Source: the human T2T-CHM13v2.0 reference genome, Homo sapiens. From it: a DNA stretch of 64,000 nt. Positions within the stretch are counted from its first letter, which is position 1. Each line of letters begins with the position of its first letter. Positions 11,039 to 28,027 of this stretch are shown one piece after another. The DNA lies in NCBI RefSeq assembly GCF_009914755.1, contig NC_060926.1. The stretch is one strand, 5' to 3'. Under the pieces are notes generated by a model. That model had not been told where the DNA came from. It did not search any database and saw nothing but the letters and a program-made list of their open reading frames with translations. A program made the translations under genes and the position numbers.

Positions 11039-13504
11039 CTCAGATGATTCCTCAATAGTCACATCCTTCTTCCACCTCTAACCTCTGACCACTGATGTAT
11101 TTTCTGTCACTATAAATTTGTCACTTCAAGGTTGGTATATAAATGAAGTCTTGTAGTATGTAACACTTTGACATTGAATATACACATACAAACATACATA
11201 TATAGAATAGTTTATATAACTCTATATCTATATTTCATATATATATTAAACAGAAATATATATGTATTATTTTTTGAAAATCAAATTTCTTCAAATCAAT
11301 TAGCTTAAGAATGGCATTGACTTTACTAATAAATTTGGGGACTATCATTTTATTACTGCTTATTTATTTACTGACTTATTCTTCTAGATATCTGTGTATG
11401 CTGTGGTATTTCTGTCTGTTTTGTTCCAGTTGCTATTGGTTTCTTGGTTGGTCTGGAGAGAAGGAAGTTGAAGATTGACCTAAATATAGTTTGACACATT
11501 AGTCTTAAGAAGCTCTCTCAATTACAAGTGTCCAAAAAAAATCACTCATTGAATTGTGTTTGAATAAGACCTATTCAAGTTTGAAAGAGGTTACTGCAGT
11601 ATTTTCTATAGCAAAATGTCAAAATATGTTCTGCTCAACATAAAACTCAATGCTATATAGAGGTGAATAATAGAAAAAAACTGGTACATTCTTTCATAGA
11701 TATAATTTAGATGAACTAATATAATATCTCATAATTCATATAGTTTAAATACTTAATAAACTATTTATAATAGTGTGTATTTGTAGCAGTCAAACCATTG
11801 CAAACGTATTTTTGAGCTTAAGTGTTAAAGTATCACATTTGAAAGACAGGTAGTCAAACTGTTAAATTTTTTCAGACTCCTTTTACTTCTCATTAACTAT
11901 TAATAATTATAGAAAGAAGATCTGTAGCCAAGGTAACAAGGAAAAGAAAATGATAGTGTAAGTCCAAGAAGCCTTGCCCTATCTGGCTCTGTTTATCACA
12001 GTACACGATGTTTACTGTGCTCCTTCAGGCACTGAGGTGTAAACATGCTTTGACCCTCTTTTCTTTACCTTGCTGAGAAGAGCAATTTCAATAGAACATT
12101 TAAATGCTCCAAAAACAGTTTTGACAAATACAGTTGTACCCTATGTTTCTATGACTGCAGTCAGTCACATAAAGTTTGTAATTTCTGACATTTCTTGGAC
12201 AATCATTTTGAAGCAAAGTAAAAGGTAGAGTTGATCTCAAAGAGAAGTGAAACTACAGAAACATTATTTTTGTTGTGGTCCAAATCTTCAGTAAATATAT
12301 TGTGTTGATAAGTTTTTTTTGAAATGTTTATACAAAAGATATATGCAGATACTAGTATTAATTCATTTTGAAATTTTTAATACTGATTTACAAGTAAAGT
12401 AAAAGCATACTTGAATTGTTTCCATTATTACAGAATGAATTTCTAGCAAAATAGTCATACCACTTTAAGAAGCACTGTGGTTGCCATGTGTATACCATTC
12501 AGCATTTCTAAGGGTAAAACTTCCTAAAATAAATCTATTTGCTCAAGTATGGATGTCATAAAATATTGGGAAATAATAACAGATTTGATTTTTTTTTCTA
12601 TATTTTTTCTTCCTGCTTTGATCCCATCCCATTAACTTCATGGCAGCCCTTCCTTGGAACAGGTGGAGGTTGCGGAGTGGGAGGTGGTATAAAAATGAGT
12701 ACAAAATAGCTAAGCAAATTTCTTAATAGATCGTTTTAAAAACTCATACCTCCCACTATTGTAGTCTTATATCAAGGCACTTTTGAACTTGAATAGCTGG
12801 CTTGTTTGAAAAACTTTTTGATGTTTTATCAAGGTGTTTAAGTTTTATTTTTTCTTCTAAAATCAAAAGACATAGTTTATAACACAAACAACAAAGTAAA
12901 AAAAAACTATGATGATACGAGTCACCTCTTGTTCCACACTAGATAAAAGATATGACTTGAAATGAGAGAACTGTGGAAAAAAATTAAGTAAATTAATACT
13001 TTTGAAGGCTATGAAGGATGAGCTGATCTTTCCCACTGCTCTTGAATTCTCCCAGCTGCCTACCAGGGTTAGGAGGGAATAACAAAAGGTCAGTACTTCT
13101 AGAGGAGCCTAATTGCAGAAGGACGAGTGTCTGACTTTCTGTACTGAAATCTGTAAATAGACACTTCTGAGAATGAATGTCAGGGCATGAGGTGGCAGGA
13201 AGAGAACTCTACTGTCCCTCAAATCTTACTCTCAGAGAAGCACAAGAAAACATTTAACAAATTTTAATGTTCCTCCATTTCCATGCCGTGAGAGGCTCAT
13301 ATATAGCTAAGGGCTATGTAGTTGGGGTAAGCGGGGATTAGAAAGCCTAAATATTTCCAGGGAGGAAAGGGCAAAGAACCCAAAACAGGAGCAGTAGGAA
13401 TAGGAGCCAATGATTAAAAATCAGTGGGAATTACGTACCACAGGAGCAGCCAGGAAGATGCCTGCTCAGGCAAGGTTCAGACAGCTTTCCCCTATGTAAG
13501 CATA

Positions 13505-14020
13505 ATATGTGAGCCCTTGACCAGTGTTTCCTATTTGCCACTCCAGATTTATTCTTTTCTGCCTTGCTCTCCATCTTGAGCTGACTTGCATAGATTGCCC
13601 CACTTGGGCAGGCCCTATTGTCAACTGTCTTATGGTTGATTTAGACAATAAGAAGCACTAGTAAGAGAGAAGAGGGAGACAGATAAATAGGTCAAGAATC
13701 ACTTATATTTTTCCACCACACTCTCCACATTTTATCCAACTCTACCTGTTTCTGCCAAGACAAATTTTGGCATAGGATGACTTCTCCATGTCTGTGACTG
13801 TTCATCTTCACTGGGTTTCAGGTATTGCTTCCCCTGTTGCCTGTCAGGTATAGGAGTAGTAACAACTTCTCCCTGTTGCAAATCCTTGAGCAGTTCACTA
13901 TCTCTTACTCCTATCCCTGAAACTTGCCCACATGTTTGTAAATAATCCCTTTTTCATATTCTCTACCTTTATCCACTTTGAACGTGTCATTTATCACCTA
14001 ATCTTGAATTTAGATGACCC
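13505..14020 (+). mobile_element. ERVL LTR, LTR33-like
   Basis: gtagtaacaacttctccctgttgcaaatccttgag...cttgcccacatgtttgtaaataatccctt matches the recalled LTR33 3' half. Confidence 0.65.
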
Positions 14021-14679
14021 TCTGGCAGAAACAGAAACAGAAGTTAGAGGTAGAAATTTCTGAACTGATTAAATATTTACCCAAAAAACATTAGAAGCCA
14101 TGAGTATCCTTTAAACCAGTAGAAGATTTTTCTACCAATTAAGGAAATGCTATTTTAAAAATAAAATGAAATTCTATTAAAATGCCCAAAGAAACTTTTC
14201 ATTTTGTATACTTGAATCATGGCCTTTAATACTCAACTAACTACATATAAAGACATTATTTTTCAATTTTTTTAAAAAAAATTCAAATGAAACATTTTAC
14301 TCATTCCAAAAGGAATTAGCTAGATTATTTTTTAATGTTTAATAATTGAACATTAGTCTTAAATTAAATAGTCACTTACAGTTTAATTTTCCCATCCTTT
14401 CTTTAACTTATTTGTAAAATTGGTATTAAAGAGTTCAAACTTATGTTCAAAGAGTCATTTGCAATGTAGAAGTAGTACAGATATAATTATTATTTTCAGC
14501 TTGGACCAGCTTGAAATTTACAAACCATTAATGTGCTAGACTTTATTAATTTATATAACTTACAAAGATCAAAACTTAAACCTACAATGTCTATAAACTC
14601 TATATTCTTGAGCTGTATCTTTCTTTTTAAGGAAATCTGTAAATGTACATGTGTGTGTGTTTGTTTCTCTGTGTGTGTT

Positions 14680-14945
14680 GAGTGAATCCCAAATAGCATA
14701 AACCCAAATAAATCCATGAGAAGACACACAATTAAACTTTGTAAGCTAAAAACAAGAAAAAATCTTGAAGGCAACAGACACAAATGACGCATTGTTTACT
14801 TGAGAGCACCAATTTGAATGACAAAGAATTTTCCAACTAAAACAATAAACACCAAAAAAGAAACAGCACAGCATTTTTCAAGTTCTGAATGAAGATAACT
14901 GAAAATTCTACATCTGAGGAAATTATCCTTTAGGATAAAGATATT
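14680..14945 (+). mobile_element. Old L1M ORF1 fragment (host of the L1PA insertion, left part)
   Basis: aaaaatcttgaaggcaacaga...gcatttttcaagttctgaatgaa...gaaattatccttt resembles the L1M ORF1 3' half. Confidence 0.7.
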
Positions 14946-15968
14946 GGGGTGGAGCCAAGATGGCCAAATAAGTACAGCTCCAGTCTACAGCTACCAGTGT
15001 GAGCAACACAGAAGATGGGTGATTTCTGCATTTCCAACTGAGGTACCGGGTTCATCTCACTGGGGAGTACCAGACAGTGGGTGCAGGACAGTGGGCGCAG
15101 CGCACCATGCGGAGCCGAAGCAGGGCGAGGCATCACCTCACCCGGGAAGCACAAGGGGTCAGGGAATTCCCTTTCCTAGTCAAAGAAAGGGGTGATAGAT
15201 GGCACCTGGAAAATCAGGTCACTCCCACCCTAATACTGCGCTTTTCCAATGGGCTTAACAAACGACACACCAGGAGATTATATCCCGCACCTGGCTCGAA
15301 GGGTCCTACGCCCACGGAGCCTCGCACATTGCTAGCACAGCAGTCTGAGATCAAACTGCAAGGCAGCAGTGAGACTGGGGGAGGGGCGCCTGCCGTTGCT
15401 CAGGCTTCAGTAGGAAAACAAAGCTCGAACTGGGTGGAGCCCACCACAGCTCAAGGAGGCCTGCCTGCCTCTGTAAGCTCCACCTCTGGGGCCAGGGCAC
15501 AGACAAATAAAAGACAGCAATAACCTCTGCAGACTTAAATGTCCCTGTCTGATGGGAGTAGTGGTTTGAAGAGAGTAGTGATTCTCCTAGCATACAGCTT
15601 GAGATCTGAGAACAGACAGATTGCCTCCTCAAGTGGGTCCCTGACCCCAGAGTAGCCTAACTGGGAGGCACCCCCCAGTAGGGGTGGACTGACACCTCAC
15701 ACGGCCAGGTACTCCTCTGAGACAAAACTTACAGAGGAATGATCAGGCAGCAACATTTGCGGTTCACCAATATCCACTGTTCTGCAGCCACCGCTGCTGA
15801 TACCCAGGCAAACAGGGTCTGGAGTGGACCTCCAGTAAACTCCAACAGACCTGCAGCTGAGGGTTCTGACTGTTAGAAGGAAAACTAACAAACAGAAAGG
15901 ACATCCACACCAAAAACCCATCTGTATGTCACCATCACCAAAGACCAAAGGTAAATAAAACCACAAAG
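14946..15968 (+). promoter_or_regulatory. L1 5'UTR internal promoter region with YY1 site; retains the ~129 bp segment absent from L1PA2/L1HS
   Basis: aagatggcc at 14958. Extra segment actcctctgag...gtaaactcc at about 15711-15843 lies between sequences that are adjacent in L1HS. Confidence 0.8.
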
Positions 15969-16982
15969 ATGGGGAAAAAACAGAGCAGAAAAACTGGACA
16001 CTCTAAAAATCAGAGTGCCTCTCCTCCTCCAAAGGAACGCAGCTCCTCACCAGCAATGAAACAAAGCTGGATGAAGAACGACTTTGACGAGTTGAGAAAG
16101 GAAGGCTTCAGAAGATCAAACTACTCTGAGCTAAAGGAGGAAGTTCAAACCCATGGCAAAGAAGTTAAAAACTTTGAAAAAAAATTAGACGAATGGATAA
16201 CTAGAATAACCAATGCAGAGAAGTCCTTAAAGGACCTGATGGAGCTGAAAACCATGGCACGAGGACGACGTGACAAATGCACAAGCCTCAGTAACCGATG
16301 CGATCAACTGGAAGAAAGGGTATAAGCAATGGAAGATGAAATGAATGAAATGAAGTGTGAAGAGAAGTTTAGAGAAAAAAGAATAAAAAGAAATGAACAA
16401 AGCCTCCAAGAAATATGGGACTATGTGAAAAGACCAAATCTACATCTGATTGGTGTACCCGAAAGTGATGGGGAGAAAGGAACCAAGTTGGAAAACACTG
16501 TAGGATATTATCCAGGAGAACTTCCCCAATCTAGCAAGGCAGGCCAACTTTCAGATTCAGGAAATACAGAGAATGCCACAAAGATACTCCTCGGGAAGAG
16601 CAACTCCAAGACACATAATTGTCAGATTCACCAAGTTGAAATGAAGGAAAAAATGTTAAGGGCAGCCAGAGAGAAAGGTCGGGTTACCCTCAAAGGGAAG
16701 CCCATCAGACTAACAGCTGATCTCTCGGCAGAAACCCTACAAGCCAGAAGAGAGTGGGGGCCAATATTCAACATTCTTAAAGAGAAGAATTTTCAACCCA
16801 GAATTTCATATCCAGCCAAACTAAGCTTCATAAGTGAAGGAGAAATAAAATACTTTACAGACAAGCAAATGCTGAGAGATTTTGTCACCACCAGGCCTGC
16901 CCTAAAAGAGCTCCTGAAGGAAGCACTAAACATGGTAAGGAAGAACCAGTACCAGCCACTGCAAAAACATGCCAAATTGTAA
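15969..16982 (+). pseudogene. L1 ORF1p, disrupted
   Basis: MGKKQSRKTG...YQPLQKHAKL. In-frame TAA at 16323-16325 and two small deletions (about 16500 and 16634) scramble the middle. Confidence 0.95.
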
Positions 16983-17045
16983 AGACCAGCAAGGCTAGGA
17001 AGAAACTGCATCAACTAATGAGCAAAATAACCAGCTAACATCATA

Positions 17046-20860
<3,815 letters not shown>

Positions 20861-21095
20861 GGTGGGAATTGAACAATGAGAACACATGGACACAGGAAGG
20901 GGAACATCACACACCAGGGCCTGTTGTTGGGTGGGGGGAGGGGAGGATAGCATTTGGAGATACACCTAATGTTAAATGACGAGTTACTGGGTGCAGCACA
21001 CCAACATGGCACATGTATACACATGTAACAAACCTGCACGTTGTGCACATGTACCCTAAAACTTAAAGTATAATAATAATAATAATAATGATATT

Positions 21096-21660
21096 ATCAG
21101 ATGAAAGAAAACTAAGAAAATTAGTCCCTAGCAAACCCGCCATTAAGAAATGGCTAAAGGATGTTCTATTAACAGAAAGGGAATGATCACAAAAGTTTTG
21201 TAATTTCAGGGAAAAGAAACCTTTGGAATGGGTAAAAATAAGGATAAATACAATAGGCTATCCTTCTTGTCATGGGTCTTAAAACATATTTAATTATTAA
21301 AGAAAAAGTTACACCACCATCCGATGTGGTACTCAATATATATGGAAGAAATACCCAAGGCTGTTTGTTACATTGTCAAAGTAGGGAGATGAAAGAAATC
21401 TAAATGGAAATAAGGTTTCAGTACTTCACTTGAAGAGATAAAACATCAATACTGGTAGGCTAGAATAAGTTATGTATGTGTAGTGCAATACCTGGAGTGA
21501 CCACTAAGGAAACTATAGGTTGGTACAGAAGTAATTGTGGTTTTGCCATTAAAAGTAAAAGTAATGGCACCCACCTAATACACGCAACTATATACGCAAA
21601 AACACCATAGATCAACATAAGCTCTTTTTTCTTTTTTGAAGTTCTAAAATAAACCAACCA
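21096..21660 (+). mobile_element. Old L1M fragment (host element, right part)
   Basis: atcagatgaaagaaaactaagaaaattagtccctagcaaacc...aagaaatggctaaagga continues L1M ORF1 from 14945. Confidence 0.7.
21516..21578. mobile_element. MADE1 (Hsmar1-derived MITE), internally deleted
   Basis: taggttggtacagaagtaattgtggttttgccatta...aatggcacccacctaa, flanked by TA on both sides. Confidence 0.85.
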
Positions 21661-22107
21661 AAGGGAATACATGGATAGGTATCTAAATACTTCTGTCACA
21701 AGTAATTGGATGGACAGGTGGGGTGCCCTTGTTAGGGAGCTGACCATGGATTTAGAGTTAGACTCAGGATCCATGGTGCCAAATTCAAAGTGGAAGAAGG
21801 AGGTTGAGTTTTCCTCCAGAGTCCACATGGCACGACATGGAGTAACAGTGTAAGCAATTATAAAAAGCACAAAAGTAAAAACTAAATACTCACACACTAA
21901 AAAGTCAAAATGCCAAGGTCTACAAGAGTTTGAAGCTAAGCCAATGAGATAAGAGCGAGAGGAGTTACGCAGCAAGGAGAGAAGTTGGGGGAAGGAAGGC
22001 TGGTGCAGAGTTTGCACCTATGGGCTGGCAATCATGCAGTGCATTGTGCTGAAAGCATCTGACTCACCAGAAGTACAGAGGGCAGGAAGTGCAGTGTAGG
22101 GGACACA

Positions 22108-22300
22108 TAATAGCAATTATTTGGTTTCCATGCCTGTAAAGAACTTTCCCTACATCATCTCATTTAATCCTCTCACTAGCCTGTGACAAGAAACTTTAGC
22201 CTCATTTTCCAAATGATGACTGAGGCTTAGTGACTCTAATAACTTGGATGTAATAATTTAGCCAAAGACAATTAGCCCAAGATTTGCATCTAGCATAACT
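22108..22300 (-). mobile_element. MIR SINE
   Basis: catctcatttaatcctctcactagcctgtga...cattttccaaatga...actgaggcttag. Confidence 0.75.
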
Positions 22301-22709
22301 TTCATAGGTCTTGCTCATTAGGCAGCATTCTCCAGCTGGAATGAGCAAAGGATCTGGATAGAAAAGAATGGATAATCTCTCTACAACCTCCTCCTTCTAA
22401 TGTTACGCAGAATGAACTTGTTCAGCACATGGATAATAAAACAGTTCCACAAACTTTTAAAAATTATATGAACAGAAAAAAATCTTAAAATAAAACAAAG
22501 CAGGACCTTGGTTTACTGAGATCACAGGGAAGTTAAAAAAGAAATAAGTAAAATCTAATGGTAGAAAAATGAGAGTTATTCAATAAAATCCATTTTTAGA
22601 AAATATTAGTGCCAGTAGTCTGCTTGTAGTACTTTTAAAATGATGAATCTTAAGGAAAAATGATGCATTTTTACTATTCACATTTATTTTTTCTGAGAAA
22701 TCAGAGTTG

Positions 22710-22860
22710 CCCAGTATTTAAGAATACAGGCTTAAAGTCAACTGATATGGATGAATCCAGAATCAGCTACTTCTTAACTGTGCAACCCTGGGGATAATAT
22801 TGAACCACTCTAAAATTTAGTATGTTTATCTGTAAAGTAGGAAAAATCATTTGGGTTTCT
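22710..22860 (+). mobile_element. MIR SINE fragment
   Basis: taagaatacaggctt...gaatccag...taactgtgcaaccctggg...tttatctgtaaagtagg. Confidence 0.65.
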
Positions 22861-22977
22861 GAGAGATTTGGAAAGTAATCAAATTTTTAGTGAATATTTG
22901 GAATTTTAAATGTTAACTCTTGATAGAAGATAATGTTGATGAGGTCGTAGTCTTGACCTTTGGATATTTATTTCCAC

Positions 22978-23338
<361 letters not shown>

Positions 23339-24599
23339 TGAACCCTGAACAGAAAACCAGCAACCGATTCATCATAGTCCTGTGGGACTTGGGTCAAAGA
23401 GTATATAACAGGATCAAAGAAAATGTAAGCCTGCTGTGGGAATACAAAAATATCTCAGAGTACATCTCCTACCTAAACTGGGCTAAGGCTGCCATGAAGA
23501 ACAAAGAAGAACACATGGCTAATGAGTATTCAATATGGCCTTTAAAGAAAAGAAATGTAGCAGAATATAAAATGGTTTGGAAAAAAATAAAGTAGAAACA
23601 TAATGCTTACTCATAGAAGACACATAAGGAAAAGAGATTATTTGGGAGGAAATGATTGCAAAGAAAAACAAGCAGCAATTTTCTCACAGCTAAAGACCAC
23701 GGAATAAAGGATGAACACTAAGCCACTTAGGTGCAATGCTATGAATCCCAACTGTGTATAAAGAGGGGTTGACAGAAGACTAATTTCTCATCACTTGAAT
23801 CAATATATCACTCTGGTTTAAAAGCAAAAGTGTGGCATCTAGGGAATGGATTTTTATTTTTTAATCAAATGTAAATATAAAAATAAAGATCCTCTACAGC
23901 TTTATTTTAAGCGATCAATGCTACCGTGAGTGATTGCTTTAATTTTATTTTTGTAAGGCACACATCGATTAAAAATTAACTCTGTTAATTTTTGTCAACA
24001 GAATAATGTAGTCATTTATCAACAGAATGTTATTTTTATAAAATATTCTAAAATGATAGAAATGCTTGTCATTACAGAAATAAATCCATTTCAAACAGTT
24101 TGCAAGGTATCAATTCTATAATAAGGATCTAGTTTTTTTGTAACTCATTTTAAAAGTTAATACTTGAGAATTAGAAATTTTGTTTTATTACACAATACGT
24201 GTCAGATTAATTAACATCTGTTATGTCCAACACTTTTGTCCATTCTCAAATTTTCAAATGGTAGTGGAATATGAATTGGCAATCCATGTTTATTCATTCA
24301 TGCCCTGGAGGAACACTACTTTTTGTTAAATAAGTTCATGTCATAGAGCTAAGCAAAATGTTTTCTCAAATTTGACATCTACGTGGTCTTTTCCAAGACT
24401 CTTAGTACAATATACATTTTTTTTCATTTGGCCAACATAATGATATATGTCAAATGTGTGAGATGCATGAGATAATTTATAAAATCTCTTTGATGAATTT
24501 ATCCTTAAGATTTTTTAATTTTTCCCTACTGGAACTCTTAGTATGCACTCCTTTTCCTTGTGTTAAATTTTCGCATATAAACAAACAGAATTTTCTCTT

Positions 24600-25378
24600 T
24601 TTAAAATTTTTGTTTGAATAGCTTTTGGGTTACAAATGGTTTTTTCTTACATGGATGAATTATATAGCGGTGAATTCTAAGATTTTTGTGCACCTGTCAC
24701 CCAAGTAGTGTACATTGTACATAATGTGTAGTATTTTTTATCCCCAGTCACCTTCCCACCCTCCCCTTCTGAGTCTCTAAAGTCTATTATATCACTCTGT
24801 ATGCCTTTGCACACTCATAGCTTAGCTCCCACTTATAAGTGATAACATACAATATTTAGTTTTCCATTCCTAAGTTACTTCACTTAGAATAATGGCTTCC
24901 AGCTCCATCCAACTTGCTGCAAAAGACATTATTTTGTTTTTTGTTATGACTCAGTAGTATTCCATGGTGTATATATAACACATTTTCTTAGCCACTCGTT
25001 GGTTGATGGGCACTTAGGTTGGTTCCATAGCTTTGTAATTGCGAATTGTGCTGCTATAAACATGTGTGTGCAGGTGTCTTTCTCATATAATGACTTCTTT
25101 TCCTTTGGATAGATACCCAGAAGTAGGATTGCTGGATCAAATGGTAGATCTACTTTCAGCTCTTTGTGGAATTTTCATACTGTTCTCAATAGAGGTTGTA
25201 CTAATTTACATTCCCACAAGCAATATAATAGTATCTCCTTTTCATCACATTCAGGCCAACATCTGTTATTTCATGATTTTTTAATAATGGCCATTCTTGA
25301 AGGAGTAAGGTGGTATCTCATTGTGGTTTTAATTTCCATATCCCTGATGATTAGTGATGTTGAGCATTTTTTTCACAT
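24600..25378 (-). mobile_element. L1PB-type 3' end
   Basis: tacatggatgaattatatagcggtgaattc...cttagctcccacttataagtga...gtggtatctcattgtggtttt. Confidence 0.88.
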
Positions 25379-25648
25379 GATAAATAGGATTTTCTACAAG
25401 AAATTCTTAAGCCAAATATAAAATACATTTTACTTTGAAAAACTATAGCTTGCTATTATATATGTTTTGAAATATAATGATCATGTTTTAGTGTTAGTAT
25501 TAAACAAAAGCAGAAATAAAATTTAGGCACCATTTTCTGTGTATCTTTTTTCATAAGACAGAGATTCACATCATGGTTTAGATTTTATTTGGGACATTAT
25601 TTTTCATTTTTAAGAAATCTTCCATTGCATTTATAACCACAGAGGCTC

Positions 25649-26022
25649 TGTATTAGTCCATGCCCACTCTGCTATAAAGGAGTGCTTGAGACTGGGTAAT
25701 TTATAAAACAAAGAGGTTGAATTGACTCACATTCCGCATGGTTGGAGAGGCCTCAGGAAACTTACACTCATGGTGGAAGGGGAAGCAAACACATCCTTCT
25801 TCATATGATGGCAGGAAGGAGAAGTGTTGAGCAAAAGGGGGAAAAGCTGCTTATAAAACCATCAGATCTCATGAAAACTCACTCATTATCATGAGAACAG
25901 CATGGAGGTAACTGCCCCCATGATTCAATTGCCTCCAACCAGGTCCCTTCCATGACACATGGGGATTATGGGAACTACAATTCAAGATGAGATTTGGGTG
26001 AAGACAAAGCCAAACAATATCA
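25649..26022 (-). mobile_element. THE1 solo LTR (THE1C-like)
   Basis: tgtattagtcc...ccaaacaatatca termini; 5 bp TSD ggctc/ggttc. Confidence 0.92.
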
Positions 26023-26419
26023 GGTTCCAAACTCTCTACTGAAATTATTCTTTTCTTCATTGTATAAATTAAATAACTTAAACTGGATTCTATGTGGTTA
26101 TAGGAATTAAAATACTGCCTTGAAAATTCATGCAGATTAGGCTAAGAAAGGGAACATTGATTATTGTTTTCTTACACCTCTCACTGCAGACTTCTCTTCT
26201 CAATAACCCTTTGACTGTCCTCCACCATGCTGTATCAGCTTACTCCACTTTGCTAAAACCACAAAACATGAACAAAAGTATGCCTACTTCCCTATGGCAG
26301 AGCAATTAAAGATAAAAACTAATTTCATAAGTTAATAAAACTTATTTTGAAAACAGGGTGGGAAGTTGCTGAGAGAAATCTTGGAGTGAAAGAGAAAACA
26401 ACCAAAAAGTATCTGCTGG

Positions 26420-26785
26420 ATTAAAAAGGAAATAACTATTAATATGTACAACCACATATATGAACCTCAAATGTGCTATGTTAAGTACAAGAAGCCAAAC
26501 TCAAAAAGTATGATCTCATTTATATTTTAGCCAAAACTCTGTAGTAAAGACAAAACTATGAGACAGAGACCGATCAGTGTTTGCTAGGTATGGGAGGAAG
26601 TGAAGAAATAAATTACAAAGGAGAATGAGGAAACTTTATGAAGTTAAGGGACCACCAGACACCTTGACTGTGGAGATGTTTATCTGACAGCATATATTTA
26701 TCAAAATTCATGGAACTATACAGCTTTAAAAAAGAATATTTTTCTCAATGTAATTATACCTCAGTAAACTTTATAATTTAAAAGT
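26420..26785 (+). mobile_element. Old L1M (MC/MD-like) 3' fragment
   Basis: atgaacctcaaatgtgctatgttaag...aaagacaaaactat...tttatcaaaattcatggaact...aattatacctcagtaaa. Confidence 0.7.
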
Positions 26786-26792
26786 GGGTGCT

Positions 26793-27125
<333 letters not shown>

Positions 27126-28027
27126 CTATCCAATATTATTTTTCATATTTCTTAAATACAACTTGAAAATGTTCTCTTATAGGCATAGGCCTAGCTCCCT
27201 GCTTCCTGCTCCAACCGGAAGTTTTATCTCCTCTTAATCTTATTTCCCATTTCCAAGGTCCCCAAACTTATGTCCTTTTAATCCCCCCACCAAAAATGCC
27301 TTAATCTCTTAAAACACAAATAATCAATTCACTTAAAAATAATTTATTGTCAGACAGAGACATTTTTACCACTCATTATTTTGAACTAAATTATTGTTTT
27401 TACCTGATCGTAACCAAGGCTTTCAGAAGTATTTCTTTTCCTTCTTGTTTTATTTTTCATAAAGGAACTATCTATCTCAAAGGGGGATTTGCTGTCTGTG
27501 TGTGACCCCTCAAATACCAGTGGAAGCTATACATTAGAATCTTCCCCACCAAACTTCCCAGTCCCAGATGTAATTTTTAACAAGGGTTCTGCTGCCAAGT
27601 ACATGTGTTTTTTCTTTCCAGTACCTCTCATAAAAATGAAAGGACTAAATACTAGAAAATTCATCTACTTGAAATTTATTTTCAAACTATCGTTTTTTGG
27701 TTGTCTAGTATCTCTTCAGTTACTAGTCATATTAGTTGTTCAAATGACAAAAAAAAAAAAAAAGAAAAAGTACTACCAATTTATCCATTTATTTGCTTAC
27801 TTTCTTCCATAGATTTTCATTTAGAAAATATTTTATGTTCAAAATGGATTCCATATTGATAAAAATATGTGTTAATTCAAAGGGATAAAACATATTTAAA
27901 AATACTTTGCATTGTTGCCTTTAAAAGTATAACATAGTAATTTCAAGCTTATGGGTATAAATGAGATTAACTCATATTTCCAGCCCCTCTCACCCATAGC
28001 TCAGCCAGTTCCCTGGGGTGTCATGCA

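Larger units (their letters stand above)
10290..11185 (-). mobile_element. Old L1M (L1MC-like) 3' fragments containing two microsatellites
   Basis: aaacaaggacat...cttacataatcatagtataattat; aattttgtcacatgtatagattt...ttccatcacc...ctgatgtattttctgtcactata. Confidence 0.6.

Noticed and set aside
12005-12060. miR-30-like sequence (tgtaaacat...ttgac)
   Set aside because: Only the first 9 nt match, the complementary arm is on the wrong side, and the stem is 8 bp. Forkhead motifs explain it better.
16329-16982. 217 aa ORF1 variant with a novel middle segment
   Set aside because: Two small deletions happen to restore the frame, and it lies downstream of a premature stop. There is no evidence of selection.
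21460-22017. 185 aa minus-strand ORF as a host gene
   Set aside because: It runs through MADE1 and antisense L1M sequence, has no recognisable domain, and does not start at a true ATG.
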